Origin: an uncultured Actinomycetes bacterium
GTDB lineage: Bacteria; SZUA-79; Acidulodesulfobacterales; Acidulodesulfobacteraceae
NCBI GenBank assembly: GCA_964631685.1
Contig: CAZVZU010000003.1
Span: forward strand, 1-64,000
DNA: 64,000 nt
Direction of reading: 5' to 3'
In this document: piece by piece, positions 36,995-47,081 of the stretch
Position numbering within the stretch: the stretch's first letter is position 1
How the letters are laid out: each line of letters begins with the position of its first letter
Notes under the pieces: generated by a model
Database searches by the model: none
Told to the model about the DNA's origin: nothing
Seen by the model: only the letters and a program-made list of their open reading frames with translations
Translations under genes and position numbers: made by a program

Positions 36995-38029
36995 ATGAAA
37001 AAATACTATCTCGGAATAGATATTGGCGGGACCAATCTTAGGTTTGGAATCGTAGATGAGAGCGGTGCTATAGAGAGCGAGGATTTTAGGTCTTTTCCTT
37101 TAAAAATAAACGAACTCACGCAGGATTACTGTGCTACACCAGAGGATATTACGAGTGGGACGGATTTGGATCGATCTATCAGCGATAGCGGAACGAAAAG
37201 GCAGATTAAATTTGTGATAGAGAATTTAAGATGTTTTTTAGAGAAAAATGTTCGATATAATATTTCAGGGATAGGGGTAGGCGTTGCGGGTCAAATAAAT
37301 GAAAAGACAGGAGGCATAGTATTTTCTCCAAATTTGAATTGGCGTAATGTTCCGTTAAAAACAATATTAGAAAGAAAAACAGGATTAAAAGTACATGTTG
37401 TGAACGATTTAACGGCTATTACTTATGGAGAATGGAAATGTGGTGCGGGAATCGGAGAAGATAATATTTTATGCATTTTTGTCGGCACGGGTATAGGTTC
37501 GGGGATTGTTACGGATGGGAGATTATTGTCAGGTTGTTCAGGCGCCGCTGGTGAGATAGGGCATACCATTATTGTTTCCGGGGGCAGGGGGTGTGCATGC
37601 GGCAATAGAGGCTGTTTGGAAGCTTATGCCGGCGGTTGGGGAATGGCAGAGATTGCTAAGGAACGGGCGCTTAGAGATAGGGTAGGGTTTAAGGAAATAA
37701 TTAAGATAGCTGGGAAAATAGATAGTATTAGCGCTGAAACCATTGCTAAGGCATATTATACTGGAGACAATAGCGCAGCCAAGTTGGTTAAGGAAACTGG
37801 AATATATTTGGCGGATGGGGTCATAAGTGCTGTAAATTTAATGAATCCATGTGTGTTAATATTGGGCGGAGGTGTGATAGATGGCATCCCTGATTTATTC
37901 AATACTGTGGCAGAAGAAGTCGGTAAAAGGGCGCTGAAAGCGGCCATATCTAATCTAAAGATATTGAAACCGACGCTTAGTAGGAATTCCGGGATTATAG
38001 GCGCTGCAGGAATAGCAAACCGTAATTAA
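36995..38029 (+). CDS. glk: ROK-family sugar kinase (glucokinase)
   Basis: GIDIGGT, GTGIGSG, GEIGH, CACGNRGCLEAY; about 25-aa insertion near the N-terminus. Confidence 0.85.
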   Translation: MKKYYLGIDIGGTNLRFGIVDESGAIESEDFRSFPLKINELTQDYCATPEDITSGTDLDRSISDSGTKRQIKFVIENLRCFLEKNVRYNISGIGVGVAGQINEKTGGIVFSPNLNWRNVPLKTILERKTGLKVHVVNDLTAITYGEWKCGAGIGEDNILCIFVGTGIGSGIVTDGRLLSGCSGAAGEIGHTIIVSGGRGCACGNRGCLEAYAGGWGMAEIAKERALRDRVGFKEIIKIAGKIDSISAETIAKAYYTGDNSAAKLVKETGIYLADGVISAVNLMNPCVLILGGGVIDGIPDLFNTVAEEVGKRALKAAISNLKILKPTLSRNSGIIGAAGIANRN

Positions 38030-38069
38030 TTATCTATCTGCATTTTGTTAGTTTCGGAAATTATATGCT

Positions 38070-39560
38070 TTAAATGTATTCATCATCCTCATAGGCAAGA
38101 TTTTCGAATGATGTATATTTATCGGTATAGGAAAGTTTTACTACACCGGTAGGTCCATTTCTTTGTTTACCGATTATCAACTCTGCTATGCCCTTGTGAG
38201 CAGTATCTTTTTTGTAAACCTCGTCTCTGTATATAAACATTATTAGATCGGCATCCTGTTCTATAGCACCGGATTCCCTTAAATCTGCGAGTTGAGGCCT
38301 CTTGTCTTGCCGGGATTCTACCATTCTATTTAATTGAGATAGGGCAATTATCGGTATATGGAGCTCTTTTGCTAGGCCCTTTAGCGATCTTGAAATATCA
38401 GCGATAGCCTGCTCTCGAGATTCAATGTATGGCGAACCCTTCATAAGTTGCAGATAGTCGACGATAGCAACTTCTATGCCTTTTTCTCTTTTTAGCCTAC
38501 GGGTTTTAGCCCTGAGCTCCGTAACGGTAATGCCGGCGCTGTCGTCTATATAAATTGGAATATCCTCTAGTATTTCTAACGCATTATGTATGTTTTCGAT
38601 ATCTGGATTATGTATTCTCCCTCTCCTTAACATTGATGAATCTATTTTTGCAGTCAAGGACAAAAGCCTAGTTGCAAGCTGTTCCTTAGACATTTCAAGA
38701 GAAAAAAATGCGACTGGAATTTTTTTAATCGCTATATTTTTTGCAACACTGAGAGCAAGGGCAGTTTTACCCATGGAGGGCCTTCCTGCGATAATAATAA
38801 GGTCTGAAGGCTGAAAGCCGTTGGTCATTTCATCAAGATATTGAAATCCACTATGCACTCCTGTAATATCTTTATCATCATTCTTCCTTGATGTAAGTTT
38901 TTTAAAATAGTCAAATATTAAGGGATACACTTCAACATAATTTTTAGACGAGTCTTTTTCCGTTACGTCAAAAATAGATTTCTCTGAGAAGTCAACTATA
39001 TCTTCTATATTGTCTTGTTGTTCATAGCATTTTTGCCTAACCTTATTCGATGCGTTAATAAGGCTTCTTAATAGAGATTTCTCCTTTACTATTTTGGCAT
39101 ACTGCTCGATATTAAAAAGACCGGCAGGTAATTCAAACAATGTTGACAGGTAACTGCTTAAATCGAAATCAGAGAAATATTTGACGTAGTCCTTTTCTTT
39201 TTTTATTGCATTTAGGATCGTGATTACATCAATAGGTTCACCTTTATCGCTCAATAGCGTAATAACTTTAAATATTCTAGAGTTTACGGTATCGTAAAAA
39301 TCTTCTGGCGCAACAACCCCCAATACAGAGTTAGATTGAGAATTATCGATTAAGATGGATGCAATCAGTGCCCTTTCTGCATCTAAAGAATTTGGGGGAA
39401 CAATATTGAGAGGATTGTTCTTAGAGTGGATGGCATTGTTTCTGTTCAATGCTAATTGAGCTGAACTAACAGTTTGATCGCCGGTAATATTATTCGTCCC
39501 GCTCGAAATTTTCGAGCGGGTGCTCGAATCGGTACCAGATATTTTATTCTTTATGGCCAT
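38070..39560 (-). CDS. dnaB: replicative DNA helicase DnaB
   Basis: PP.SLDAE, GRPSMGKT, FSLEM, VDYLQL, LSQLNR, DLRESGAIEQDAD, KQRNGPTG; long N-terminal extension, start uncertain. Confidence 0.97.
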   Translation of the reverse strand: MAIKNKISGTDSSTRSKISSGTNNITGDQTVSSAQLALNRNNAIHSKNNPLNIVPPNSLDAERALIASILIDNSQSNSVLGVVAPEDFYDTVNSRIFKVITLLSDKGEPIDVITILNAIKKEKDYVKYFSDFDLSSYLSTLFELPAGLFNIEQYAKIVKEKSLLRSLINASNKVRQKCYEQQDNIEDIVDFSEKSIFDVTEKDSSKNYVEVYPLIFDYFKKLTSRKNDDKDITGVHSGFQYLDEMTNGFQPSDLIIIAGRPSMGKTALALSVAKNIAIKKIPVAFFSLEMSKEQLATRLLSLTAKIDSSMLRRGRIHNPDIENIHNALEILEDIPIYIDDSAGITVTELRAKTRRLKREKGIEVAIVDYLQLMKGSPYIESREQAIADISRSLKGLAKELHIPIIALSQLNRMVESRQDKRPQLADLRESGAIEQDADLIMFIYRDEVYKKDTAHKGIAELIIGKQRNGPTGVVKLSYTDKYTSFENLAYEDDEYI

Positions 39561-39574
39561 TTGTCTATAATGGT

Positions 39575-40024
39575 TTAAGACTTTTCTGGAACGACATTTA
39601 CTTTAATTTCAGCAATAATTTCAGGGTGCAGTTTAATCTTAACGGTCTGAATACCTAATTCTTTTATTGGGCTGCCTAGCATAATGGATTTTTTGTCGAT
39701 ATTAAAGCCAAGCTCCCTTAGATTATCTTCTATATCAACCTTCGTTACAGAACCAAATATTTTCTCGTTTTCCCCTACTTTTGCAGATATGCTAATATTT
39801 GCTTTTTCAAGTTTATCCTTAATATTTGTAACTTCTCCAATTATTTTTCCCTTTTTTCTGTTAATAAGCCTTTGTTCATGTTCTATCATCTTAATGTTAA
39901 CATTGGTGGCCGGAATGGCAAGCTTTCTTGGCAATAAAAAATTTCTTCCATATCCATTTGTAACGTTAACAGCGTCGCCCATTGCACCTAAATTTTGAAC
40001 ATCTTCTTTGAGTATTACCTTCAT
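39575..40024 (-). CDS. rplI: 50S ribosomal protein L9
   Basis: MKVILKEDV..LG..G..V.V..GYGRNFLLP, FGSVT. Confidence 0.97.
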   Translation of the reverse strand: MKVILKEDVQNLGAMGDAVNVTNGYGRNFLLPRKLAIPATNVNIKMIEHEQRLINRKKGKIIGEVTNIKDKLEKANISISAKVGENEKIFGSVTKVDIEDNLRELGFNIDKKSIMLGSPIKELGIQTVKIKLHPEIIAEIKVNVVPEKS

Positions 40025-40027
40025 ATC

Positions 40028-41047
40028 TTAGTTAGAACCTCCTTTATTTAATTCAATTTTTCTAAAATTAAACCATAAATCAAATATTCCCATAAAAATA
40101 ACAAAAAGTAGCAGTGGATTATTAAATATAAAAATTAGAACATAAATTAATGTTCTAAGAAACAAATTAATATTTAACTTATTAAAAAAGAAAGATATTA
40201 TCGTTAGTCCTTGCACTAAGTAAAGGGACGATGACAGAAAAATAATATTATATCCTATAAATTTGTATGCACCGTTTGAAAATATTGCAATTATAAAACC
40301 GGACAATAAAAACAGTATTAAAAAATCGGATGATTTCCACAATGATAAATTTTCATTATTTTTAAAAAACTCTCTATATTTTCTTTTAGAAAATTTTTTA
40401 AGTATTATAAAGCCAGACCATAATCCCATCCATGAAAACGTAATGACTATAGACGGAAGTAGTAGAAGTATATCCTTAATTAATCTTGAAATTATTAGCT
40501 GCATCTTCGCAGTTGTGAGAGATGTAATGCCCATTTGCCTATAAACGTTTGTCATATTTTTCAATATTGACGCATGGTAAGAATTTAGCAAAGAAGAGAC
40601 ATCTATTTTATTGTAGTATAAATAACCAATTGTCATAACAAAAATCACAAAGAACGTTGTTAATACGGGATAATAAATTGCCTTCGCCAAACTAATTTTT
40701 TTAGAAATTAAGATTGAAAAAATATACGGCACTACAACAAACATCAACAGTAGAACTATTAACACCGGTATAAACAAACTGCCGTTATTATAATTGAAAT
40801 ATCCGTCTAAGTTTTTATTATTTTGAGCTAATAATACCGTTATAGAAGCAAATATCGTTGCAATTGATATCGGCACTATAGACTTCTTGCCGATAATTCT
40901 AAACAGTAGCATTAGAGTAACACTAAAATATAAATACAAAAAGGGATTTATGACAGCATAAATCCACGTATAAAGCGAATTTATTAAAATTAAAAAAAAT
41001 ATAAGTAATAATAATGTGCTAAAAAAAAAGTTTTTAACCCTAAACAT
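40028..41047 (-). CDS. DUF2232 (YybS-like) membrane protein
   Basis: polytopic hydrophobic protein, QGL..I.FF, G.FD.WFNFRK, conserved position between rpsR and rplI. Confidence 0.8.
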   Translation of the reverse strand: MFRVKNFFFSTLLLLIFFLILINSLYTWIYAVINPFLYLYFSVTLMLLFRIIGKKSIVPISIATIFASITVLLAQNNKNLDGYFNYNNGSLFIPVLIVLLLMFVVVPYIFSILISKKISLAKAIYYPVLTTFFVIFVMTIGYLYYNKIDVSSLLNSYHASILKNMTNVYRQMGITSLTTAKMQLIISRLIKDILLLLPSIVITFSWMGLWSGFIILKKFSKRKYREFFKNNENLSLWKSSDFLILFLLSGFIIAIFSNGAYKFIGYNIIFLSSSLYLVQGLTIISFFFNKLNINLFLRTLIYVLIFIFNNPLLLFVIFMGIFDLWFNFRKIELNKGGSN

Positions 41048-41315
41048 TAATAGATGTGTACGGCATTATAGAGAGAATTCTCGATGTCTTGATAGCTCTC
41101 GCCACTCTCCTTTGATGATAAGAGCAATTGCCCGTAATCCTTCTGGGCATTATTTTCCCTCTTTCGGTTGCAAAATTTCTCAAAAGTTTATAGTCTTTAT
41201 AGTCTATTCTCAACTTAGTGTCTGCGCAAAATCTACACACTTTTTTTCTCATATATGTTCTGCGCCTAAAACTTGACCCCGCGGATTTAGTGACCTTGCG
41301 GTGAACTCTATTCAT
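41040..41315 (-). CDS. rpsR: 30S ribosomal protein S18
   Basis: CRFC, IDYKD..LL..F.TERGKI.PRRITG.C..HQR. Confidence 0.97.
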   Translation of the reverse strand: MNRVHRKVTKSAGSSFRRRTYMRKKVCRFCADTKLRIDYKDYKLLRNFATERGKIMPRRITGNCSYHQRRVARAIKTSRILSIMPYTSINV

Positions 41316-41673
41316 TTACAGCTTCCTCCTTAACAGTTTCAAGGTTTTTTGTGAAAACAACGGTCTGAAATCTTATGCAGTCATCCATGATATTTAAATT
41401 TCTTTCAAGTTCTTTAACGAAGGAACCATCGGCTGAAAAATGTATCACTACATATCTTCCCCTATTGAATTTACTAATATCGTACGAAAGTTTTTTATTT
41501 CCCCAGTCGTTAATATCCAAAAACTCCGCATCATTCTTGGATATTATATCCTTAACCTTATCCAAAAACTGGTCGAATTTCAATTCTTCTATATCAGGAC
41601 TTAAAATAACCACGGTTTCATATCTTCTTGGAAACCGATGTTGTATTTTCTTTAAAAAATTGCTCTCCTTCAA
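41308..41673 (-). CDS. rpsF: 30S ribosomal protein S6
   Basis: YET..IL.P, WG.KKL.Y.I.K...G.Y, ELER; TTG start behind AAGGAGG. Confidence 0.95.
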   Translation of the reverse strand: MKESNFLKKIQHRFPRRYETVVILSPDIEELKFDQFLDKVKDIISKNDAEFLDINDWGNKKLSYDISKFNRGRYVVIHFSADGSFVKELERNLNIMDDCIRFQTVVFTKNLETVKEEAVNE

Positions 41674-41820
41674 TTATACAATCCTCCTTAAATTAAACAA
41701 ATATTTAAAAGACCTATTATAATAGCTGAAAAATAATTTTGCAATAATTAATTTCACAATCTATCATAGGACTATGTTAATTATATGGTTTAAGTCCTAT
41801 ATAACGTAATTAAACTTATT

Positions 41821-43242
41821 TTACTTATTTGCTAGCAGACACCTCTCGTATGTTGACGGAGTCGATATTAACTTCATAGACTTTTTAAGTTTCAATATAT
41901 GGTTTAAAGACATTTTACCCGTCATTAGGTATTTTACGACGAATAAAATATCGTTAGCCCTTAGATTCAGGGTTTTATAAGAAGCCTTGTAGAGATTAGA
42001 AAATTCTTTAAAGAACTCTGTTTTAGAAAGGTAAGTATCGAGAACAGGATGAAAAAGGTCGAAATAATTATAATCGAACGTAGTCATTTTTTCCTTAAGG
42101 TCATTAAACAGTTTTGTTCCCGGAAGGGGTGTTAGAACAGAGAATGCAGGTACGCTTATCTTCAGTCTTTTCACAAAATCTATCAGTTTCTTAAAATCCA
42201 ACTTGGTAAATTCGGGAGAGACCATAAAAGAAGCGGTAACGGCGACGCCGTGTTTCTTGGCAATATAGTAGGCCTCCTCATTATTGGAAGACGAGTTACT
42301 TTTATTAATACTACTAAGTTTTTCATCGTCAACGCTTTCAAAGCCTATGAATATATTGGAAAGCCCCAATTTTTTCCACTGAGAAATGAGTTCCGGATGC
42401 TTCACAATCGTATCGCTTCGTGCCTGAATAGTGTATAGCTTATGAATCCTTTCTTTTCTTATAAGTTCACCCAGTTTTTTTACTCTTCTAACATCACTGA
42501 AAAAATTATCGTCAGTGACAAAAATGTAATCATCCTTGATCTCCTTGAGCTCAGCGATGACCCGCTCTGGAGATTTAGACCTATAGGAACCCCTATAAAA
42601 ATTCCAAACACTACAGAAATCACATTTAAACGGACAACCCCTTGCGGTTTCAAGACATGCCAAAGATGTCCTTATGCCTAGATAATATTTTTTTCTGTAT
42701 TCGTCTGTGAGATTTCTTGCGAAAAAGGGAAGCTCATCTATTTTTTTGATCAAATCACGAGCCGGTGTTTTTATCTGATTACCGCCTTCATTATAGATAA
42801 TACCTTTAATTGAGGACAAAGGAGTATTAGAAGAGAAAGCCCTTATAAGTTCCACAACTGTTTGTTCGCCTTCTCCTATAACTACTGCATCTATCTCTTT
42901 TGCACTAAAATCCACAGGGTAAACAGAAACATGATGTCCTCCGACAAAAACAAATCTTGCCCCGTAATTATTTTTCACCCTTTTTGCGAGTTCTATTGTT
43001 CTGTACACATCAGGGGTAAACGAACAAGAAAACCCAAATGCATCCGGCTTAAAATCATTTATTGCATCTTCCAGATACTTATCGGCGTCGTAATGAACGG
43101 CCCTTAAATCTGCTATTCTAACATTATGGCCGTCTCTCAACAAGCTCCCGGCTATAGCCTCAAGACCTGTTGGTTCGGTAAGAAAAACCGTGCTGAGGCC
43201 CATAATGTTTTTGTTATTCGGTTGAATGAGAAGTATATTCAT
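41821..43242 (-). CDS. cobalamin-binding radical SAM protein
   Basis: N-terminal B12-binding region (FVGGHH, IGEGE); RGCPFKCDFC; DDNF; IGFES; TPLPGT. Confidence 0.9.
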   Translation of the reverse strand: MNILLIQPNNKNIMGLSTVFLTEPTGLEAIAGSLLRDGHNVRIADLRAVHYDADKYLEDAINDFKPDAFGFSCSFTPDVYRTIELAKRVKNNYGARFVFVGGHHVSVYPVDFSAKEIDAVVIGEGEQTVVELIRAFSSNTPLSSIKGIIYNEGGNQIKTPARDLIKKIDELPFFARNLTDEYRKKYYLGIRTSLACLETARGCPFKCDFCSVWNFYRGSYRSKSPERVIAELKEIKDDYIFVTDDNFFSDVRRVKKLGELIRKERIHKLYTIQARSDTIVKHPELISQWKKLGLSNIFIGFESVDDEKLSSINKSNSSSNNEEAYYIAKKHGVAVTASFMVSPEFTKLDFKKLIDFVKRLKISVPAFSVLTPLPGTKLFNDLKEKMTTFDYNYFDLFHPVLDTYLSKTEFFKEFSNLYKASYKTLNLRANDILFVVKYLMTGKMSLNHILKLKKSMKLISTPSTYERCLLANK

Positions 43243-43343
43243 TTCTCCAGTGTTTAATATATAATTTATATAAGTTGCACCGTATTGTCATCGCGGATTG
43301 CGAACGAATACTTGTGTTAAAAGTATATCACAAACATTAAAAA

Positions 43344-43916
43344 TTACAAATCTTTTTCACTGCCTGAGAGAAGTTTACTTGATTCTCCAGGTTTTGCATC
43401 CCCTTTATTGTTTTCCGGCGTATTGCTTGCTATATCTTTTTTCTTTGCTGAAAAAGAAATCTCGAATTTTTTGTTGATTTCTCGTTCTATAAGGTCCATA
43501 TTTATGGAAAGCATATTTTTTAAAGAATTTGTTATCATGAGCCTTTTGTTTAATAAATCATCAGTATTATGTACTATGTCAATATATTTCGCATTGGCAC
43601 TATCAACTATTTTTTCGGCCTCTGCAAGTGCAATTCTTTTAATATTTTCGGCCTCTGCAATCGCTACCTTTCTTATATCGTTTGAAATAGACTGAACCAT
43701 AAGAATCGCCTCGCTTATAGATTTATCCTTCTCCTTGTAATCTGCGATTTCCCGATTCTTTTTTACAATCTCTTCTTTTAAGTTATAATATTCCCCGTAT
43801 AGTTTTTCTAAGTCTTTGGATACTATATCCAGAAAATTTTCGACCTCGGTCGTGTCGTATCCTCTAAGTTTTTTTGAGAATTTTTGAGATCTAATTTCTA
43901 GTGGAGAAAGTTCCAT
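43344..43916 (-). CDS. divIVA: DivIVA domain protein
   Basis: LSP.EI....F.KKLRGYD..EV..FL..V followed by coiled coil. Confidence 0.88.
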   Translation of the reverse strand: MELSPLEIRSQKFSKKLRGYDTTEVENFLDIVSKDLEKLYGEYYNLKEEIVKKNREIADYKEKDKSISEAILMVQSISNDIRKVAIAEAENIKRIALAEAEKIVDSANAKYIDIVHNTDDLLNKRLMITNSLKNMLSINMDLIEREINKKFEISFSAKKKDIASNTPENNKGDAKPGESSKLLSGSEKDL

Positions 43917-44000
43917 ATCGGATGCTCCTTTCTTTAAAAGAATTAACCAAATTGGCTGTGTTGTTAATTGTATTATGTTGCATAATGCGATATAATCAAC

Positions 44001-44315
44001 CTAGGGAATTGGCAAAATCAACGGTAAGATATAATTAAACTCGACATAGCTTAGGATATATTGAATGAAGTATATTACCAGTATGACGATAATCGGAGAT
44101 ATATCGAAGGCCATGACGTTTCCTATCGGTAGCATTACTCTTACTTTTTCTAAAACAGGTTCCGTGATATCGTCTATAAATCGAACTATTGGGTTATACG
44201 GATCGGGGTTTACCCATGAAAGCAGAGCCCTTATTATAATTATCCACATGTAAGCCTCGAGAATAATATTTAAGGCGCCGAAAACAAATTGAATGAAGTT
44301 TCCCAAAAGTTCCAT
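44001..44315 (-). CDS. yggT: YggT family membrane protein
   Basis: RALLSWVNPDPYNPIV.F....TEP.L, DISPII. Confidence 0.92.
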   Translation of the reverse strand: MELLGNFIQFVFGALNIILEAYMWIIIIRALLSWVNPDPYNPIVRFIDDITEPVLEKVRVMLPIGNVMAFDISPIIVILVIYFIQYILSYVEFNYILPLILPIP

Positions 44316-44421
44316 AGAATATCTTTAATACGTTAAATTATTTTGTAATTTCTATAGCATTACATTTTTGCTACGCGTTACATTATATATTACAATAATA
44401 AAATATACAAATTAAAATATC

Positions 44422-46224
44422 ATGACAAATATCGATATTGCAGATGTTCTCGGACATATTGCCGAGATTCTTGAAATAAATGGAGAAAACCCCTTTAAGA
44501 TACGGGCATACTCAAATGCATCTAGGACTATTAGCCTGTTAAGCGAAAGTGTTTCAGCTATGTCGAAAAAAAACGATTCTATTAATATCCCAGGAATAGG
44601 GAAAGATCTTTCTTTAAAAATAAAAGAGCTTATAAATACGGGACATCTTGCTTATTATGATGAGCTTGTCAAGTCTATCCCCTCGGGGGTACTAGAGTTA
44701 ATTAAATTACGGGGATTAGGGCCAAAAAAGGCAAATATTTTGTATAAAGCGTTCAATATACATGATATTAACGATCTATACGATGTCATTTCGTCAAATA
44801 AGCTACAGGGCATGCGCGGTTTTGGCAAGAAAACTATTGATAACTTAAAACAGTCTATTGCTGAATATAGGGTATTTAAACAAAGGTCATTGTACGCTCT
44901 TGCGCAGAGCGCGGCTGTGACGTTTGTGGATTATTTGAAGAATATTCCAAATGTACCAGTGAACAAAATTATGATAGTGGGCTCCTTAAGGAGAAAAATG
45001 GAGACCGTGGGGAATATAGATATTATTGTTGCTGTTGAAAAAAAACATAATCAGGTATTTATGGAGTCAATCCTTAATTATGATGATATTGTAAGGATTG
45101 ACTCTACCAGTGAAACTAAGATTTCAGTTGTTTTAAGAAGTGGTATCCGTGCTGTTCTGCGTATAGTCAAGGATAAAAATTTCGTATATGCGCTCCATTA
45201 CTTTACTGGTTCTCAACTTCACAATGAAAAGTTGAGAGAGTTAAAAAAACAACATGGTTACGTGATAAATGAATACGGGATCTTTAAAGATGCGAGCGAA
45301 AATGGTGCGAATATCCATCCCACCGATAAGATTAAGGTGACAAACGAGGTTGAATTTTATAATGCACTTGGAATGCAGTTCATACCCCCTGAATTAAGGG
45401 AAGGTATGGGCGAGATCGCTGACGCCGTTAATCATGACATACCTGAACTTATAGACAACAAAGATTTGCGGGGTATTTTTCATATTCATACCGCATATAC
45501 CGATGGAAGGGACAGTTTAAACGAGATGGTGAAAACATCTTTTGAAAGCGGATACGAGTATGTCGGAATTTCGGACCATTCGGTTTCCGCATATTATGCA
45601 AACGGGCTCGGCGTTACGGATTTAATATCCCAGATTAAATACATAAACAGCCTGAACGATGAATATAAAGGTAGAATTAAAATATTCAAGGGGATAGAAT
45701 CTGATATATTAACGGATGGAGGGTTAGATTACGATAATGAGATGCTTTCGATGTTAGATTTTGTAATAGCATCTGTACATTCTAAATTTAACATGTCCGA
45801 ATCGCAAATGACGGAAAGAATTATAAGCGCAATTAAAAATCCGTATACTACAATGATAGGGCATCTAACGGGAAGATTACTTTTAGAAAGAAAAGGGTAT
45901 GAGATAAATGTTTCTAGAATATTGGATTATGCCTCAAAATATAAAACTATCATTGAGTTAAACTCCAATCCAAAGCGGCTTGATATTGACTGGAGGTATA
46001 TTAAAGAGGCTATTTCTAAGTCGGTATTAATTTCGATAAATCCGGATTCCCATAATTCTCAGAGTACCTATTTTGTGAATTATGGGGTAAATGTTGCTAG
46101 GAAGGGCGGGGCGACTAAGGCAAATATCTTAAATACAAGAAGCGCAAGCGATGTTTTTAGGATATTTAAGGATATAAGAGATTATAAATTAGGGTTGATA
46201 GGGAATACGGATGATCCGAAATGA
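44422..46224 (+). CDS. polX: PolX-PHP fusion with degenerate polymerase catalytic triad
   Basis: ENPFK.RAY, HhH repeats, GSLRR..ETVGNID, FTGS..HN, IPPELRE; PHP HIHT..DG, SDHS, HLTGR, DSH. Confidence 0.92.
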   Translation: MTNIDIADVLGHIAEILEINGENPFKIRAYSNASRTISLLSESVSAMSKKNDSINIPGIGKDLSLKIKELINTGHLAYYDELVKSIPSGVLELIKLRGLGPKKANILYKAFNIHDINDLYDVISSNKLQGMRGFGKKTIDNLKQSIAEYRVFKQRSLYALAQSAAVTFVDYLKNIPNVPVNKIMIVGSLRRKMETVGNIDIIVAVEKKHNQVFMESILNYDDIVRIDSTSETKISVVLRSGIRAVLRIVKDKNFVYALHYFTGSQLHNEKLRELKKQHGYVINEYGIFKDASENGANIHPTDKIKVTNEVEFYNALGMQFIPPELREGMGEIADAVNHDIPELIDNKDLRGIFHIHTAYTDGRDSLNEMVKTSFESGYEYVGISDHSVSAYYANGLGVTDLISQIKYINSLNDEYKGRIKIFKGIESDILTDGGLDYDNEMLSMLDFVIASVHSKFNMSESQMTERIISAIKNPYTTMIGHLTGRLLLERKGYEINVSRILDYASKYKTIIELNSNPKRLDIDWRYIKEAISKSVLISINPDSHNSQSTYFVNYGVNVARKGGATKANILNTRSASDVFRIFKDIRDYKLGLIGNTDDPK

Positions 46225-47060
46225 GTAATTTAGAGAATAGTAATATAGCAAAGGTGCTATCGGTTGCCGGCTTTGATGGTTCAGGGGGCGCTGGTATTAC
46301 ATCTGACGCTAAGATATTTTCAAAATTTGGAATATTAGGTCTTTCCGCAATAACGGTTATGACTGCGCAAAATGCCGATAGTGTTCGCGGAATTATGCCT
46401 GTGTCGCCTGATTTTTTTAATTCGGAACTTAAAGCAATTTTCGATTATTTTAGTGTAGATGCCGTTAAAACGGGTCTTATATCAGGGGAAGAGCAGAGCC
46501 TGATATTAAGTGAATACATTAAAAGGTACAAAGTTAAAATCTTTGTGGTAGATCCTGTGTATATATCAACTTCAAACAGAAGACTTGTGATGGATAGTAG
46601 CAGCTATCCCGATTTTCTAATGCCTCTATTTAGGCTTGCAAGTGTAATTACCCCGAATATTAATGAGGCAGAATTGATTGCAGGGGGAAAGATAGGATGT
46701 GTAAATGAAATGAAAATAGCGGCTAAAAAGATCAAGGAGAAAATAGCTTCCGTTAAAAATATCATAATAAAAGGATCCCATCTTAGCGCCGGTTCAAATA
46801 AAGATAAAATATACACTGTTTTGCTAAATTCGGAAGATATTTTTTTTGTTAACGAAAGCAAAAAAATTAATATAGGTAAAGAGATTCACGGCACGGGTTG
46901 CTCTTTTTCTGCGGGTTTAACTTCTTATCTGTCAATGGGTTTGAATATTGAGGATGCGCTTGTTAAAACCGAGATATTGGTCTCCAAATTTATAACGGAT
47001 TACAATAAGATATCCGATAACAATAAAGATAAGCATATTTACACAACGGGAAATGTGTAA
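46221..47060 (+). CDS. thiD: hydroxymethylpyrimidine/phosphomethylpyrimidine kinase
   Basis: AG.D.SGGAG..SD.K, KTG, VVDPV, TPN..EA, HGTGC.FS. Confidence 0.9.
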   Translation: MSNLENSNIAKVLSVAGFDGSGGAGITSDAKIFSKFGILGLSAITVMTAQNADSVRGIMPVSPDFFNSELKAIFDYFSVDAVKTGLISGEEQSLILSEYIKRYKVKIFVVDPVYISTSNRRLVMDSSSYPDFLMPLFRLASVITPNINEAELIAGGKIGCVNEMKIAAKKIKEKIASVKNIIIKGSHLSAGSNKDKIYTVLLNSEDIFFVNESKKINIGKEIHGTGCSFSAGLTSYLSMGLNIEDALVKTEILVSKFITDYNKISDNNKDKHIYTTGNV

Positions 47061-47081
47061 ATTACGCAAGACAGCTAAATA

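Noticed and set aside
38070..39560. Intein in DnaB
   Set aside because: Helicase motifs are contiguous; the extra length is an N-terminal extension with no intein C/S...HN ends.
41766..41800. 8-bp inverted repeat ATAGGACT/AGTCCTAT upstream of rpsF as an S6:S18 leader
   Set aside because: Large loop, probably upstream of the promoter, and no clear leader motif; more likely a weak terminator of the radical SAM gene.
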